This document shows, piece by piece, positions 1-10,913 of a stretch of DNA of 64,000 nucleotides. The notes under the pieces were generated by a model, which searched no databases, had not been told where the DNA came from, and worked only from the letters and a program-made list of their open reading frames with translations. A program made the position numbers and the translations under genes. How positions within the stretch are numbered: position 1 is the stretch's first letter; the number at the start of each line of letters is the position of its first letter. This DNA comes from an uncultured Flavobacterium sp. GTDB lineage: Bacteria; Bacteroidota; Bacteroidia; Flavobacteriales; Flavobacteriaceae. Location of the stretch: NCBI GenBank assembly GCA_963513695.1, contig CAUPRL010000014.1:14050-78049 (forward strand), read 5' to 3'.

Positions 1-1253
1 AAAAGTGGCAAGTGCATTTCTGAAAGATTGGTGTTTTCGGCCAACCAATAATTCTCCTCCAAATTGATGTTCATCGTGTAATTGCTACTCCAAGGCGCAT
101 AAAGATGCGGATTCCAAAGTCCTTGCAAATTAGCAGGAACACCAAGAGTTCGGGAACTGCTAATGAGTAAATAACGCCCGAAATTAAAATACAAAACTTC
201 CAGATTTTTGTCTTCTTTCCCTTCTGAATAACGCAACAAACGTTCGTCGGTTGGTAAATTCGGAGCTTCTGTTTTTCCTAAATTTAAAACAACTCGGTTG
301 TAAAATTTCTGGTAATCAGCAATATGAGATTGTTTCAATTTTTCGAATGATTTCGACGAGGCTTTGTTCAAATTATCCAAAGCTATGGCTTTATCATTCA
401 ATCCCGCGGTAGCAGGATTTTTGTCGAAACCATTAAAACTAGTAGCAATGGAAACATAAATCAAAGCTTCTGTCCCGTTTTTTAATCCCAGACTCGAAGT
501 GGAACTTGTGATTGTTCCATCCGTGTTTCTAATTTTTATCAAACTCGAAAATCGTGTTCCTCTTTCATTTTCCAATAGAAATGAAGGAACAACTTCATAT
601 CCCGGATTTTCGTGAATAGGTGCCACACCATTCATTGAAAGTACCTTATCCCTAATTTCTGTTTTGAATTTTAATAAACTATTGGAATTAATATCAAAGT
701 TTAAAGCTCCTTTCTTGCTGCTGGTAAGCCGTATAATCATAATTTTATCTGGAGCAGAAACAAAGTATTCTCGGGTGAATTTCACGCCATCCATTTCATA
801 ACTCATTTTAGAAATAGCATTCGAAATATCCAATTCTCTATAATAATTAATCGCTTTTCCTTTATTGAAATTTGTAATAACTAATGTTCCCAAAGGCGAA
901 TAAGACTCCGAGTTTTTACCTTGAATCTTTTTATTTAATTCTTCGGCTAGTTTGTAGTTTTCGTTTTTTAATGCTTCTCGAATAGCTGGCAAGTTCTTAT
1001 AAGCCTCTGGATTCATATTGGCATTTACAGGTTCGCCAGACCAAAGCGTGATGTCGTTCAAATAAATCTTGTCTGAATTGACACCTCCAAAAACCGTTGC
1101 TCCCTGTTTTCCATTTCCCAAAACCAAGCTTTCTTCAAAGAACGCTGCTGGTTGTTTGTACCACAAAACATGGTCTGATTGTGCAGCAATTTTTCCACAA
1201 AAAGAGAAACAAATTATACCTAGAAATAGTCTATTGAAGAGGTTTGACTGCAT
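1..1253 (-). CDS. Glycoside hydrolase family 95 alpha-L-fucosidase, N-terminal ~417 codons (3' end runs off the left window edge)
   Basis: Absent from the ORF track because there is no stop in the window. My translation from ATG at 1253 gives MQSNLFNRLFLGIICFSFCGKIAAQSDHVLWYKQPAAFFEESLVLGNGKQGATVFGGVNSDKIYLNDITLWSGEP..., a signal peptide plus the GH95 N-terminal pattern. Codons at the window edge read EENYWLAENTNLSEMHLPL, which matches the GH95 NYW.AE..NL.E.H.PL block. Confidence 0.8.
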   Translation of the reverse strand, partial: MQSNLFNRLFLGIICFSFCGKIAAQSDHVLWYKQPAAFFEESLVLGNGKQGATVFGGVNSDKIYLNDITLWSGEPVNANMNPEAYKNLPAIREALKNENYKLAEELNKKIQGKNSESYSPLGTLVITNFNKGKAINYYRELDISNAISKMSYEMDGVKFTREYFVSAPDKIMIIRLTSSKKGALNFDINSNSLLKFKTEIRDKVLSMNGVAPIHENPGYEVVPSFLLENERGTRFSSLIKIRNTDGTITSSTSSLGLKNGTEALIYVSIATSFNGFDKNPATAGLNDKAIALDNLNKASSKSFEKLKQSHIADYQKFYNRVVLNLGKTEAPNLPTDERLLRYSEGKEDKNLEVLYFNFGRYLLISSSRTLGVPANLQGLWNPHLYAPWSSNYTMNINLEENYWLAENTNLSEMHLPL

Positions 1254-1271
1254 TCATTTATGTTTTAAAAA

Positions 1272-3221
1272 TTACTTGCTTATTTTATATTTTTCATTAG
1301 CAGTAATCATCTCCCAATCATCAGTTCTGAAAGGGGATGCAGGGAATTTTTCTTTGTTGAAAAGGTTAATTTCCGTGTCATCATCTGCCCAACCATAATG
1401 AACGGCAACTGGATTAGGAACCTTTTCAGCAGAAACTATTACCTTACTATTTTGTATAATGGCTTTTGCTGTATAAAAAACTTTATCGGCTCCAGCGATT
1501 TCAAATCCTTTCAAAACTCCATTAGAATCAGAAGTTGATAATCCAGAACCTAAATTGTCAAAAGTTAGGATGATTTGATTTCCTTTAATTTCTTGTGATT
1601 TAAAAGTTGGCCCAGAATAAACCATTTTTTTGTCATAAACGTTATTCAAAGCAATTGCTGCCAATCGTTTTCCAACATCTTGTTTATTGGTTGGATGAAT
1701 GTCTTTGGCATCGCCTATATCAGTGGTTACAGCCATTCCTGTATTAGGCAACTTCAAGGTTTCGGTTTGTGCTTCGCGAAGTTCAGCCCATTTGCTACCT
1801 TTTTCGCTATTGCCACCATATTCATCAAAAGTAGCCAATTGCACAAAATAAAAAGGAAAATCACCTTGATTCCACTTTGTTCTCCAATCGGTTATCATTA
1901 ATGGAAAAGCAATTTTATATTGTTTGGCTCTTCCAGCATTGGCTTCGCCTTGATACCACAAAACTCCCTGAAAAGCATAAGGAATCAGCGGATTTACCAT
2001 GGCATTGTACAATAATGAAGGATAACTATTGGGCGAAATAGCAATTTTTACCTGAACGACATTAAATTTCCAAAGCCCCTCGAGCGATACATTCGAATCT
2101 TTAAATTCGATTTTCAAATCGGCTGAATCACCATAAATTCCGCCACCTCCAGAGTAATCGACAATTCGGACTGCAATGACATTCGTACCTGCTTTTAAAA
2201 CGCCAGCTGGAATTTTATAAATTCTTTTTGTGTCCCAAATTTTGTTAGTTCCTACTTGAACGCCATTCACGTAGGTAATATCTTCATCATCGACTTTAGA
2301 CAAATGCAAAACAGCTTCTTTTTGGGCTTGCTCAGCAGATAAAACAATCGTTTTTCGCATCCAAACAATACCATCAATATTACCTATTTGTTGAGTTTCC
2401 CAAAGAGATGGTAGCCTAATTTCTGGCCAATGAGTATCTTGAAAATTAATTTCTTTGAATTGGTTTTCATTGGTCATCGTTACCTCAAAACCTTGTGCTT
2501 TTTTAAGATTGTCTAAGATCGAATTTTTATACGTTTCAAAAGCGGCATCCATATCTACTTGAGGGACTTCGGCTATCATCTCTTTAAATTCGGAACTATT
2601 TTCAAATGCTTCTCGGCTGGTCCAAGTTTCAACGCAAGTTCCTCCCCAAGAGGTGTTGATAATCCCTATAGGAATTTTTAATTCAGCAAATATTTTTTTG
2701 GCAAAATAGTAACCCACAGCCGTAAAATCACCCACGTTTTCTTTATTGGAAACTGCCCATTTTCCAGCTTTTAAATCTTCTTTTGGCGAACCGCTTAAGT
2801 CTTGAGCCACTCCAAAATGACGAATCATTGGATAATTGGAATCGTCGATTTCTGCTTTGGCATTCATCGTTTTATAGACTTGAAATTCCATATTCGATTG
2901 TCCGCTGCAAATCCAGACTTCACCCAACAAAACATCTTTTATGACTATTTTGTTTTTTCCTGTAATAATCAATTCAAAGGGGCCGCCTTCTTTTTCAGGA
3001 TCCAATTTCAGCATCCATTTTCCATTAGAATCGGCTGTGATGGTTTTGATTTGGTTGTTGAAACGAACTTCTATTTTTTCATTGGCATCAGCCCAACCCC
3101 AGACTGGAATTGGTTTGTTGCGTTGCAATACCATTCCATCAGAAAACAATAACGGCATTCGAACATTGGCATTGGCTAAAATGTTGAATATCAAAAAAAG
3201 GAATATTAGGATTTTTTTCAT
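1272..3221 (-). CDS. Sialate O-acetylesterase-like (DUF303/SASA-type) carbohydrate esterase, secreted
   Basis: Track ORF of 649 aa with a signal peptide. Contains the WICSGQSNMEF nucleophile block and GVLWYQGEAN block typical of this esterase family. It lies 18 nt upstream of the GH95 start. Confidence 0.85.
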   Translation of the reverse strand: MKKILIFLFLIFNILANANVRMPLLFSDGMVLQRNKPIPVWGWADANEKIEVRFNNQIKTITADSNGKWMLKLDPEKEGGPFELIITGKNKIVIKDVLLGEVWICSGQSNMEFQVYKTMNAKAEIDDSNYPMIRHFGVAQDLSGSPKEDLKAGKWAVSNKENVGDFTAVGYYFAKKIFAELKIPIGIINTSWGGTCVETWTSREAFENSSEFKEMIAEVPQVDMDAAFETYKNSILDNLKKAQGFEVTMTNENQFKEINFQDTHWPEIRLPSLWETQQIGNIDGIVWMRKTIVLSAEQAQKEAVLHLSKVDDEDITYVNGVQVGTNKIWDTKRIYKIPAGVLKAGTNVIAVRIVDYSGGGGIYGDSADLKIEFKDSNVSLEGLWKFNVVQVKIAISPNSYPSLLYNAMVNPLIPYAFQGVLWYQGEANAGRAKQYKIAFPLMITDWRTKWNQGDFPFYFVQLATFDEYGGNSEKGSKWAELREAQTETLKLPNTGMAVTTDIGDAKDIHPTNKQDVGKRLAAIALNNVYDKKMVYSGPTFKSQEIKGNQIILTFDNLGSGLSTSDSNGVLKGFEIAGADKVFYTAKAIIQNSKVIVSAEKVPNPVAVHYGWADDDTEINLFNKEKFPASPFRTDDWEMITANEKYKISK

Positions 3222-3237
3222 TTTTAAATTGTATCAA

Positions 3238-4779
3238 TTATTTCAATCCATCTAGTAAAGCATTCAAAGCTTGGCTATCGTAAACGGTATTTTTGCTTCT
3301 GTCAAATAAAGACATGGTGTTTACACCCAAATTTCCTGCATCCCAATAAAAAGGTAGCATGCCATTGGCTTTAGCTTGTTTAACCACATATTTTAAGAAA
3401 AAGGCTCTTGAATCTAGATGCAATATCAAGTCGCTGCCCGTTAAATTAGAACGTCTTATTGCTCCAAATTCACCCAAAATTACTGGAATTCCTTTATCGA
3501 CAAATTGAGTTTTCATTGATTTGAAAAGTTTATCCAAGTCGGCTTCTTCTCCCCAAGTGGCATTGTGTGCAGTATCAGTTGTGGAATGGTAATTCGCTCC
3601 CCAATAATAAAACATTTTCCCCCAATCGGCATCCTTATCCATAAGACAAAATTGATACGGTGTGTAATAATGAACTTCAACCATCATTCGGTTTGACACC
3701 TTATCGGTAGGCAATGTCAACATCAATTTATTAGTTTTATCAATATCGGTCGATGGGCCTTGAACAACTAAAGTACGATTGGCATTTTTACCACCTGTGG
3801 ATCGGACAGCATCAATAAAAGTTTGGTGATACGAGTTTAAAACTGCCATTTGTGTAGGATCATCAACATTCGGTTCATTGGCACTTGCAAAAAGTAAATG
3901 TTCATCAAAATCTCTTAAGCTAGTAGCAATTTGTTCCCAAAAGGCTTTTTGTTTGGCATTATTATCCACTTTTTTGGCTTCGGTACAATTATTTTCGAGC
4001 CAACCGCCGTCCCAGTGAATGTTGACCAATACATACATATCATTGTCAACACAATATTGAACTACTTCCTTCACTCTAGCAAGCCATTCTGCCTTGATTT
4101 GTGCCGTAGATGAATTGGCCAGATTTTGATTCCAAGAACAAGGAATTCGAATGGCGTTAAAACCATTGGCTTTAACCAAATCAATCAATGCTTTTGTGGT
4201 TTTTGGGTTGCCCCAAGCCGTTTCCCCTCCAGTTGCTTCTAATGAATTTCCAATGTTCCAACCTAATTTTATTTTTGCAGCAAGTTGGACAGCAGAACTG
4301 CTCATTCCAATGGCGTCGGCAGCAATTGGGTTTGTGTTGTAACTTGGGTACATGTCAGCCGTAGGGGGAACAATACCTGCCTGATTAATTGTAATTGTAA
4401 CATAAGCAGCCTGACTTGAACTAACTGTTAATTTTGCTGTTCGTGCAGTCGTACTTGTATTTGCTGATGCTGTAACAGAAACTGAAGTTGAACCTGAAGG
4501 CCCAGAAGTTCTACTTAATTGAATCCAACTAGAATCGGAACTACTAATTGCCCAAGCGTCAACATTGGTTGTAACAGTGATATCGGAAATACTGCCCGCA
4601 GCTATAAAATCAATTGAACTTACACTTACTGTTAGTGTTTTTACAGTTGGTTTTACAGCAGGAGTTGAGCCTGAGTCTGAACTACAAGCTAAAATTCCAA
4701 GGGAAGCCAATCCTAGAAAGGCAAAAATTAACTGGGTACTGATTCTTTTTATCATTTTCTTTTTATTTATTTTTTGCAA
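3238..4779 (-). CDS. BACON-domain lipoprotein fused to a GH5 endo-beta-1,4-glucanase (xyloglucanase-like architecture)
   Basis: Has a lipobox LGILAC-SSD and a BACON-like segment SWIQLSRTSGPSGSTSVSVTASANTSTTARTAKLTVSS. GH5 blocks are present: FASANEPN (acid/base) and PVILGEFGA (nucleophile). Confidence 0.85.
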   Translation of the reverse strand: MQKINKKKMIKRISTQLIFAFLGLASLGILACSSDSGSTPAVKPTVKTLTVSVSSIDFIAAGSISDITVTTNVDAWAISSSDSSWIQLSRTSGPSGSTSVSVTASANTSTTARTAKLTVSSSQAAYVTITINQAGIVPPTADMYPSYNTNPIAADAIGMSSSAVQLAAKIKLGWNIGNSLEATGGETAWGNPKTTKALIDLVKANGFNAIRIPCSWNQNLANSSTAQIKAEWLARVKEVVQYCVDNDMYVLVNIHWDGGWLENNCTEAKKVDNNAKQKAFWEQIATSLRDFDEHLLFASANEPNVDDPTQMAVLNSYHQTFIDAVRSTGGKNANRTLVVQGPSTDIDKTNKLMLTLPTDKVSNRMMVEVHYYTPYQFCLMDKDADWGKMFYYWGANYHSTTDTAHNATWGEEADLDKLFKSMKTQFVDKGIPVILGEFGAIRRSNLTGSDLILHLDSRAFFLKYVVKQAKANGMLPFYWDAGNLGVNTMSLFDRSKNTVYDSQALNALLDGLK

Positions 4780-4828
4780 TTTTTTTTACTATCAAAAAAT
4801 TGAATGTATTGTTAATTTTTGCTTCCAA

Positions 4829-6421
4829 TTATTGTTTAATGAAATTGTATAAATAAACATCGTTTTCATTGATACTAATCAATTTAGAAAAAGTCCCTTT
4901 AGCATCTATATTCACATTTTCTGTTTTATAAACCTCTCCGTTATTTTTTTCTTTAAGAGTATTTACTTGTTCTTTGGTCAACTGATTGGGTTTATTCATT
5001 CCCAAATAATCGGTAAAAACATCATTGGCTTTGTAACCTACTTTTCGAATTTCTAAACGATATTTTCCTTCTTGTAAGCCAGTAACTTCAATTTTTACAT
5101 TCCCTTTTGGTTTCGATGGCAAATCTTTAATGTAGTATTGCTGATTGTTTGTAGCCTCTGGCAAGGTGTATGTATAATCCCAAAACAAAACCTGAACATC
5201 TCCGTTTGCGTTTCTAGTTACCCAAGAGGAAGTATCAGTATTTTGAAGTTCAGTTTCTCCTAATTTGTTTAAAAAGGAATACGAAAAATAGGCTGATTTC
5301 TTAATTCCTTGAGTGTTTAACAATCCAAAACCGCCGTGAAAAGGCGTAAATCTTGGTCCTGGTTCTTCAAAAATATCGGTAAAAACCCAATAGGACATTG
5401 AGTTGGCAGCATTCCCCACTTGTTTGAGTTTTTGAAGAATATAAGCTGCCGAATGATAACTATCGTGAATAGGGTCGGCTGGTGTGTAGGACGAACTCCA
5501 TTCGGTGTAATGTAATTCTAAATTTGGTTTTGTTGAAGCTGCAATTTCTTTTCTGGATTGCAACACATCACCACTTACCGCACCATCGTCTTTGCTTAAA
5601 ACGGTTCCAGAGCCCCCAAATTCATCTAAAAATCCTTGCCCAACACCATAGGAATGTGTACTAACAAAATCAATTGGCACCTTATTTTTTTCACAAAAGT
5701 CTATCATCTCGCTTTCCCAAGCAGCACCTGCTGTACCTGGACCTCCCACTTTATAGGCAGGATTTACACTTTTTATACCTCTAGCAGCATAATCGTATAA
5801 TTTGAAATAGTCGGCTTGTGTACCTGTCCAAAAACCCGGAGTTAAATTGGGTTCGTTCCAAACCTCAAAATACCAAGTTTTTACTTCATCAGCTCCATAA
5901 CGTTCTGTAAAATGTTGTGTCAGGTTACGAATTAAATCCTCCCATTTTTTATAATCTTTGGGTGGAGTAACATTCCCTTTCCACCAAAAAATAGTTTGGC
6001 TACCACTGGCCAATGCCGATGGCATAAAACCTAATTCAACAAAAGGTTTCATTTTGATGCTTATTAAAAAATCGAATAAAGCATCTACATATTGGTAATT
6101 GTATTCTGGATTTCCTTTGCTGTCTTCCCGATAAACCGCCATATCATCAGTCAATAAACCGTGCATTCGAATGTATTTGAAATCGCATTCTTTCTTTACC
6201 ATAGACAATTGTTGCTGCCAATCGGCACGTAATCCTTCATTGGCACGTCCTGCGCCAACACATTCTTTGAACATAGTGTTCATTTTTCCAACTGATTTAT
6301 TATAATCAACTTTAATAATTCTGTCGGTAGAAGTCGATTTTTTAGTATTAGTATTTTGCCCAAACGTTACAATGTTGGTTAAGCAGAATAAGAGAATTAG
6401 ACCTACTATGTTTTTTTTCAT
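4829..6421 (-). CDS. GH39 family glycosidase (XynB-like beta-xylosidase fold)
   Basis: Contains CVGAGRANEGLRADWQ, FKYIRMHGLL, KTWYFEVWNEPNL (acid/base) and LHYTEWSS. These are collinear with GH39 beta-xylosidases as I remember them. Signal peptide present. Confidence 0.8.
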   Translation of the reverse strand: MKKNIVGLILLFCLTNIVTFGQNTNTKKSTSTDRIIKVDYNKSVGKMNTMFKECVGAGRANEGLRADWQQQLSMVKKECDFKYIRMHGLLTDDMAVYREDSKGNPEYNYQYVDALFDFLISIKMKPFVELGFMPSALASGSQTIFWWKGNVTPPKDYKKWEDLIRNLTQHFTERYGADEVKTWYFEVWNEPNLTPGFWTGTQADYFKLYDYAARGIKSVNPAYKVGGPGTAGAAWESEMIDFCEKNKVPIDFVSTHSYGVGQGFLDEFGGSGTVLSKDDGAVSGDVLQSRKEIAASTKPNLELHYTEWSSSYTPADPIHDSYHSAAYILQKLKQVGNAANSMSYWVFTDIFEEPGPRFTPFHGGFGLLNTQGIKKSAYFSYSFLNKLGETELQNTDTSSWVTRNANGDVQVLFWDYTYTLPEATNNQQYYIKDLPSKPKGNVKIEVTGLQEGKYRLEIRKVGYKANDVFTDYLGMNKPNQLTKEQVNTLKEKNNGEVYKTENVNIDAKGTFSKLISINENDVYLYNFIKQ

Positions 6422-6430
6422 GTTACTTAT

Positions 6431-8437
6431 TTATATTTTTTTGAATCGAATAGCAGTTCCTCCTGCTCCACCTAAATGCAATTTTAATACATCCGAAGCC
6501 TTTACCGTTTTTTTAGAAATGGCAACCGCTGATGGATTGTGTGTTTCATCCGTTCCTACAGCATCGGCATAAATCTGAGCTTCATAAGTAGCGTTGGCAT
6601 CCAAAAACGATAATTTAATTTCAAAATCTCTAGCTTTTTCGTTGGTAATACTTCCTAAATACCAATCGGCACTGTTTTGGTCTTTACGAACTGTAGTGAT
6701 GAATTCACCAATTTCTGCGTTCAAAACTTTAGTAGTTTCCCAATCTGTTGGAACATCTTTCAAGAATTGGAAAGAAGGGTTACCAGCATAATTTTCGGGC
6801 AGGTCAGCCAACATTTGAATTGGCGAATAAAAAACTACATATAAAGCCAATTGTTGAGCGGTTGTTCCGTGAATTCTTTTCCCAGGATACCCTTGTTTTA
6901 TTTCGACATCCAAAACGCCTGGGGTATAATCCATAGGGCCTGACAATAAACGGGTGAAAGGTAAAATGGTTACGTGATTTGGTGGATTCCCTTCGCTCCA
7001 CGCATTGTATTCTTGACCTCTGGCAGCTTCTCTAGCCAACATATTCGGATACGTTCTGCGTTCTCCTGTATCTTTTATTGGTTCGTGATAGAAAACAGCC
7101 AAATCATATTCGGCAGCTTTTTTCAATACATATCTGAAATAACTTACTCCAAATTGACCGTGATGCCATTCTTTCATATTCAATTTCGAACCTACATGAC
7201 CAATTTTTACGGTGTGAATTCCCAAGCGTTTGTACATCGCAAAACCTTCATCGATTTCTTTCAAATAATTAATCAAGTTGGAACCTGTTTCGTGGTATCC
7301 GATAAGCTCCACGCCTTTTTTATTTCCATACTCCACCACTTTGTCAATATCAAAATTATCGGCACATTTTGTAAAACTGAACATGTGCATATGGTTTTCG
7401 TACCAAGCTGGCGTCCAACCTTTATTCCATCCTTCAATCAACATATGATGAAATCCTTCTTTGGCCGTAAAATCTAGGTATTCAAAAGCATTTTTAGTAG
7501 TAGCACCTTGTTTTTCACTTTCCCAAAAAGTATATTTTCCGATGTGCATTCCCCACCAAATTCCTAAATATTTGTACGGTTTAAAATAATCTATCTTGCC
7601 TAATTTGTTCGGTTCGTTAAGATTTAAAATCAAATAGGAATCTATTAAATCTCCTGCATTTTCTCCTATTTGAATGGTTCTCCAAGGTGTGGTAAAAGTA
7701 TCTTTAACACGTACTTTGATTCCATCTGCCCAAGGAACTAAATCCGTTTTCAATTGAGTTCCAGTATTATTTACCAAAGTTGTACTGGCAAAATCGATTA
7801 AATTGGCTTCGTGAAAACTCAATTTCAGTCCACTTTTACTTTCGATTGTTAGAGGCGTATGCACTGTATCTAAAGTACTTACGGGGCTATCTTTGTATAG
7901 ATATTCGTAACGGTTTTCTCTGTAAGCAGGAATCCACCAAGCTTTCCCGTCCTCTTTTAGATTGAAAGTAGTTTTTTCATCCATGATAAAAATACTGTCT
8001 TTCGAAATCTGTTTTGGATAGACATATCGAAAAGCAACTCCGTCATCGAAAGCACGGAATTGAATTTCAAGTTGGCGTTTTTGCTTGTCTTTTTGTTGCA
8101 ATTTTACCACCAATTGGTTGTAGTGATTTCTAATTTTTTTCTTTTCTCCCCAAACTTGTTCCCAAGTCTCATCGAAAGTGGAATTTTCAACTTTAAGGAT
8201 TTCGAAATTTTTGCTAAAATCATCGTTATTCTTGAATAGAAAACCCATTTCAGATGGTGAAATCACTTCGGTTTTCCCGTGTGATACTGCATATATTGGA
8301 GCATTATCAACGAGCTCGAATTTTATTTTATTTTGACCGCCTGGCGAAGTCAATTCATACGATTTTGCTTTTTTTCCTTGCGCATTTCCTACAGCAATTG
8401 AAAGTAATAATGCGGGAAGAATCAGATTTTTAATCAT
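6431..8437 (-). CDS. GH97 family glycosidase (SusB-like alpha-glucosidase / alpha-galactosidase family)
   Basis: 668 aa with a signal peptide. Contains the GFHHMLIEGWNKGW and ARGQEYNAWSEG blocks characteristic of GH97. Confidence 0.8.
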   Translation of the reverse strand: MIKNLILPALLLSIAVGNAQGKKAKSYELTSPGGQNKIKFELVDNAPIYAVSHGKTEVISPSEMGFLFKNNDDFSKNFEILKVENSTFDETWEQVWGEKKKIRNHYNQLVVKLQQKDKQKRQLEIQFRAFDDGVAFRYVYPKQISKDSIFIMDEKTTFNLKEDGKAWWIPAYRENRYEYLYKDSPVSTLDTVHTPLTIESKSGLKLSFHEANLIDFASTTLVNNTGTQLKTDLVPWADGIKVRVKDTFTTPWRTIQIGENAGDLIDSYLILNLNEPNKLGKIDYFKPYKYLGIWWGMHIGKYTFWESEKQGATTKNAFEYLDFTAKEGFHHMLIEGWNKGWTPAWYENHMHMFSFTKCADNFDIDKVVEYGNKKGVELIGYHETGSNLINYLKEIDEGFAMYKRLGIHTVKIGHVGSKLNMKEWHHGQFGVSYFRYVLKKAAEYDLAVFYHEPIKDTGERRTYPNMLAREAARGQEYNAWSEGNPPNHVTILPFTRLLSGPMDYTPGVLDVEIKQGYPGKRIHGTTAQQLALYVVFYSPIQMLADLPENYAGNPSFQFLKDVPTDWETTKVLNAEIGEFITTVRKDQNSADWYLGSITNEKARDFEIKLSFLDANATYEAQIYADAVGTDETHNPSAVAISKKTVKASDVLKLHLGGAGGTAIRFKKI

Positions 8438-8486
8438 TGTTTTTGTATTTAAATTTTAAATAAATCGGTTTTCCGACTACCCTTTA

Positions 8487-10886
8487 TTATTTTATAAGTT
8501 CTGTTTTGAATGTAGTTTTCCCGTTGAATGGATTTGCATCAACTTCAAAAGAATTACCTTTTTTAGACAATGTTATCGATTGCACTTTATCTCCTTCTGG
8601 CAAGAAAACTTTTGCGGTAGCCGTTGTAGTTGCATCCGTAGCATATACTTTTAAGGTCAATTTACTCCAATCCATATCTTTTGTAGATTGTGCCAATTTG
8701 ATGTGAGGAATCGCAGAACCATTTCTTACCAAAACAATTATTGGTAAAGCACCAGCTTCAATTTTGTGCCATCCACCTTGATATACTTTTTTGGTTTGAT
8801 AATCAATCCAAGTTCCTTCTGGAAGATAAACATCTCTACCGGTAACCTCTTCGAATAAAGGAGCCACCAACATACTTGAACCAAAAAGGTATTCGTTATC
8901 AACCAACCAAGAACCTTGATCGTTTGGATATTCTAAAAACAAAGCACGCATCATTGGCAATCCTTTTTGGCTACTTTCTTTGGCTTGAGCATAAATATAC
9001 GGCATCAATTCGTAACGCATATTATCGGCATTTCTAAAGGTTTCCAATAAATCTTTGCTGTACAACCAAGGTTCGCGTGGAGGTTCGCCATGACTTCTTA
9101 CGTGAGAGGTCAACATTCCGAAAGGTGCCCAACGACGGTATAAATTCTCAGGAGATTTGGTAACAAATCCACCTACATCGTGACTCCAGAAACTGAAACC
9201 ACACAATCCTAAAGAAAGACCTCCTCTTAACTCTGCTGACATTGCACCGTTTGAAGTTTCTGCATCACCACCCCAATGCAAAGGGTAGCGTTGGCTTCCT
9301 GCCCAAGTACTTCTCGCCCAAATTAAAGTGTAGCCTTTTTCTTTTTGAGTGATTTCGGCAACAGCTTTATTGTAACGCAATGGGTATAAATTATGTTCGT
9401 AGAAACCCGTTCTTCCAGAATGATAAATTCCATCTGGCGGAGCTGCTTCTCCAAAATCCACTTTGAAAACACTCACTCCTTGATCAAATAATGTTTTCAA
9501 TTTAGCTTGGTACCAAGTCACTGTTGCTGGATTCGAAAAATCTAGAACAGCATCTTCATAAGGTAAATTTCCTTTGCGATCTCTTACAGCCAGATTTTTG
9601 TCCATTATTTCATTAAACAATGTGTTTTTTGGCGAGAAATAAGGCAATTGCCACAAGCAAACGTGGAATCCGTCGTCTTTTAAATCCGACATCATTTTTA
9701 CTGGATCATCAAAACGTTTTTTGGCAAACTCATAATTATTGCGCCAATCAACATCAAACCATCCTGTATCATAATGAATTACATCGGTTGGAATTTTATA
9801 GGCACGAAGATTTTTAGCTACTTCACGGCCTTCTTTTTCAGAAAAATAAGTGATGCGACTCATCCAGAAACCAAATGACCAAAGCGGTGGCATTGCTGCT
9901 TTTCCGGTAAGATTTGTATATTCATCTAATATTTCTTTGGGCTCACCTATAAAGTAAAACAAATCAGCTTCATCGTCTCCTATATACATTTCATTGGCAC
10001 TCCCGTAATATTTTCCAAAATCAACCGTGATTGGTGTAGAATGGTGCATAAAAACTCCGTATCCACGACTACTCATATAAAACGGAATAGGTTTGTACAT
10101 CGTTTCGTTTTGAATTCCGTTGGCATCATCTGTCCAAATAACTACTTTTTGACCACGTTTATTAAATTGGGTAAAAGATTCTCCACAACCAAATAATTTT
10201 TCGTCTGGCTCTAAACTGAAAGACGCCCCCATACTTCTTGAATAATCGCTGCTTCGTCTCACGTATGAAAAAGGTAGCGTTGGCGTGTACGTGTTTGCAA
10301 AATCAGAATTATGAAGTGTTCCTGTTAACAATTTACCTTTTTCATCATATATTTTTACGTGCCAAGGTTTGGTTTGAATTTCAACCGATCCGTGTTTGCT
10401 AGTAAATTTATAACCACCTTCTATTTTAGCATATTTCCACAATTCAGGATGATTGGGTGCAACACCGTCAACTAACATCAATGATTCTTTTTCAGGACGA
10501 AACTGTGGACCCGAAGTCATTTTGATTCTCAAAGTTCTGTCCGACACAAACTGAATTTGAAATGGTAAAACTGGTGAAGCTTCATACTCTGTTGTTGGAA
10601 ATTCATTGGCCACAACTTCTACTGGCTTCATCTCAAAATTATTGAAAGCTTGACGTGTTTTGTAATCATAACGCAAGTATTTTACAGTTCCTTTTCCGGT
10701 TTGTGGATCAAAACTCGCCAATTCATCGGCAAAGTAAAAAGTATTCAAATAATTCTCGAAATCTTTACTAATGTCTATGGGTGCGTTGAGAACATTGGCA
10801 TTTTGAATTTGAGCTGTAGCCTTTGGAACACTAAAAAGTGCCAAAAACACAGTTGAAAATAATGTTATTAACTGAGGTTTGTTCAT
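8487..10886 (-). CDS. GH31 alpha-xylosidase-like glycosidase
   Basis: 799 aa with a signal peptide. Contains FKVDFGE (nucleophile Asp block) and HWGGDAETS (acid/base block), as in YicI/Xyl31A-type enzymes. Confidence 0.85.
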   Translation of the reverse strand: MNKPQLITLFSTVFLALFSVPKATAQIQNANVLNAPIDISKDFENYLNTFYFADELASFDPQTGKGTVKYLRYDYKTRQAFNNFEMKPVEVVANEFPTTEYEASPVLPFQIQFVSDRTLRIKMTSGPQFRPEKESLMLVDGVAPNHPELWKYAKIEGGYKFTSKHGSVEIQTKPWHVKIYDEKGKLLTGTLHNSDFANTYTPTLPFSYVRRSSDYSRSMGASFSLEPDEKLFGCGESFTQFNKRGQKVVIWTDDANGIQNETMYKPIPFYMSSRGYGVFMHHSTPITVDFGKYYGSANEMYIGDDEADLFYFIGEPKEILDEYTNLTGKAAMPPLWSFGFWMSRITYFSEKEGREVAKNLRAYKIPTDVIHYDTGWFDVDWRNNYEFAKKRFDDPVKMMSDLKDDGFHVCLWQLPYFSPKNTLFNEIMDKNLAVRDRKGNLPYEDAVLDFSNPATVTWYQAKLKTLFDQGVSVFKVDFGEAAPPDGIYHSGRTGFYEHNLYPLRYNKAVAEITQKEKGYTLIWARSTWAGSQRYPLHWGGDAETSNGAMSAELRGGLSLGLCGFSFWSHDVGGFVTKSPENLYRRWAPFGMLTSHVRSHGEPPREPWLYSKDLLETFRNADNMRYELMPYIYAQAKESSQKGLPMMRALFLEYPNDQGSWLVDNEYLFGSSMLVAPLFEEVTGRDVYLPEGTWIDYQTKKVYQGGWHKIEAGALPIIVLVRNGSAIPHIKLAQSTKDMDWSKLTLKVYATDATTTATAKVFLPEGDKVQSITLSKKGNSFEVDANPFNGKTTFKTELIK

Positions 10887-10913
10887 TGTTTTGGTATTTG
10901 GATTTACATTTTT

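Noticed and set aside
1069-1398. A 109-aa plus-strand ORF spanning the GH95/esterase junction.
   Set aside because: It overlaps two well-supported minus-strand genes and has no recognisable motifs. The true feature here is the unlisted GH95 5' end on the minus strand.
6974-7477. A 167-aa plus-strand ORF inside GH97. Similar antisense ORFs of 60-160 aa lie inside other large genes (for example 2802-3255, 11381-11759, 17016-17372, 35338-35751, 38027-38506, 39014-39289, 50083-51298, 54779-55057 and 61221-61527).
   Set aside because: They lie wholly within much longer ORFs on the opposite strand that have clear family signatures. Their translations are low-complexity or hydrophobic noise typical of shadow frames in AT-rich DNA.
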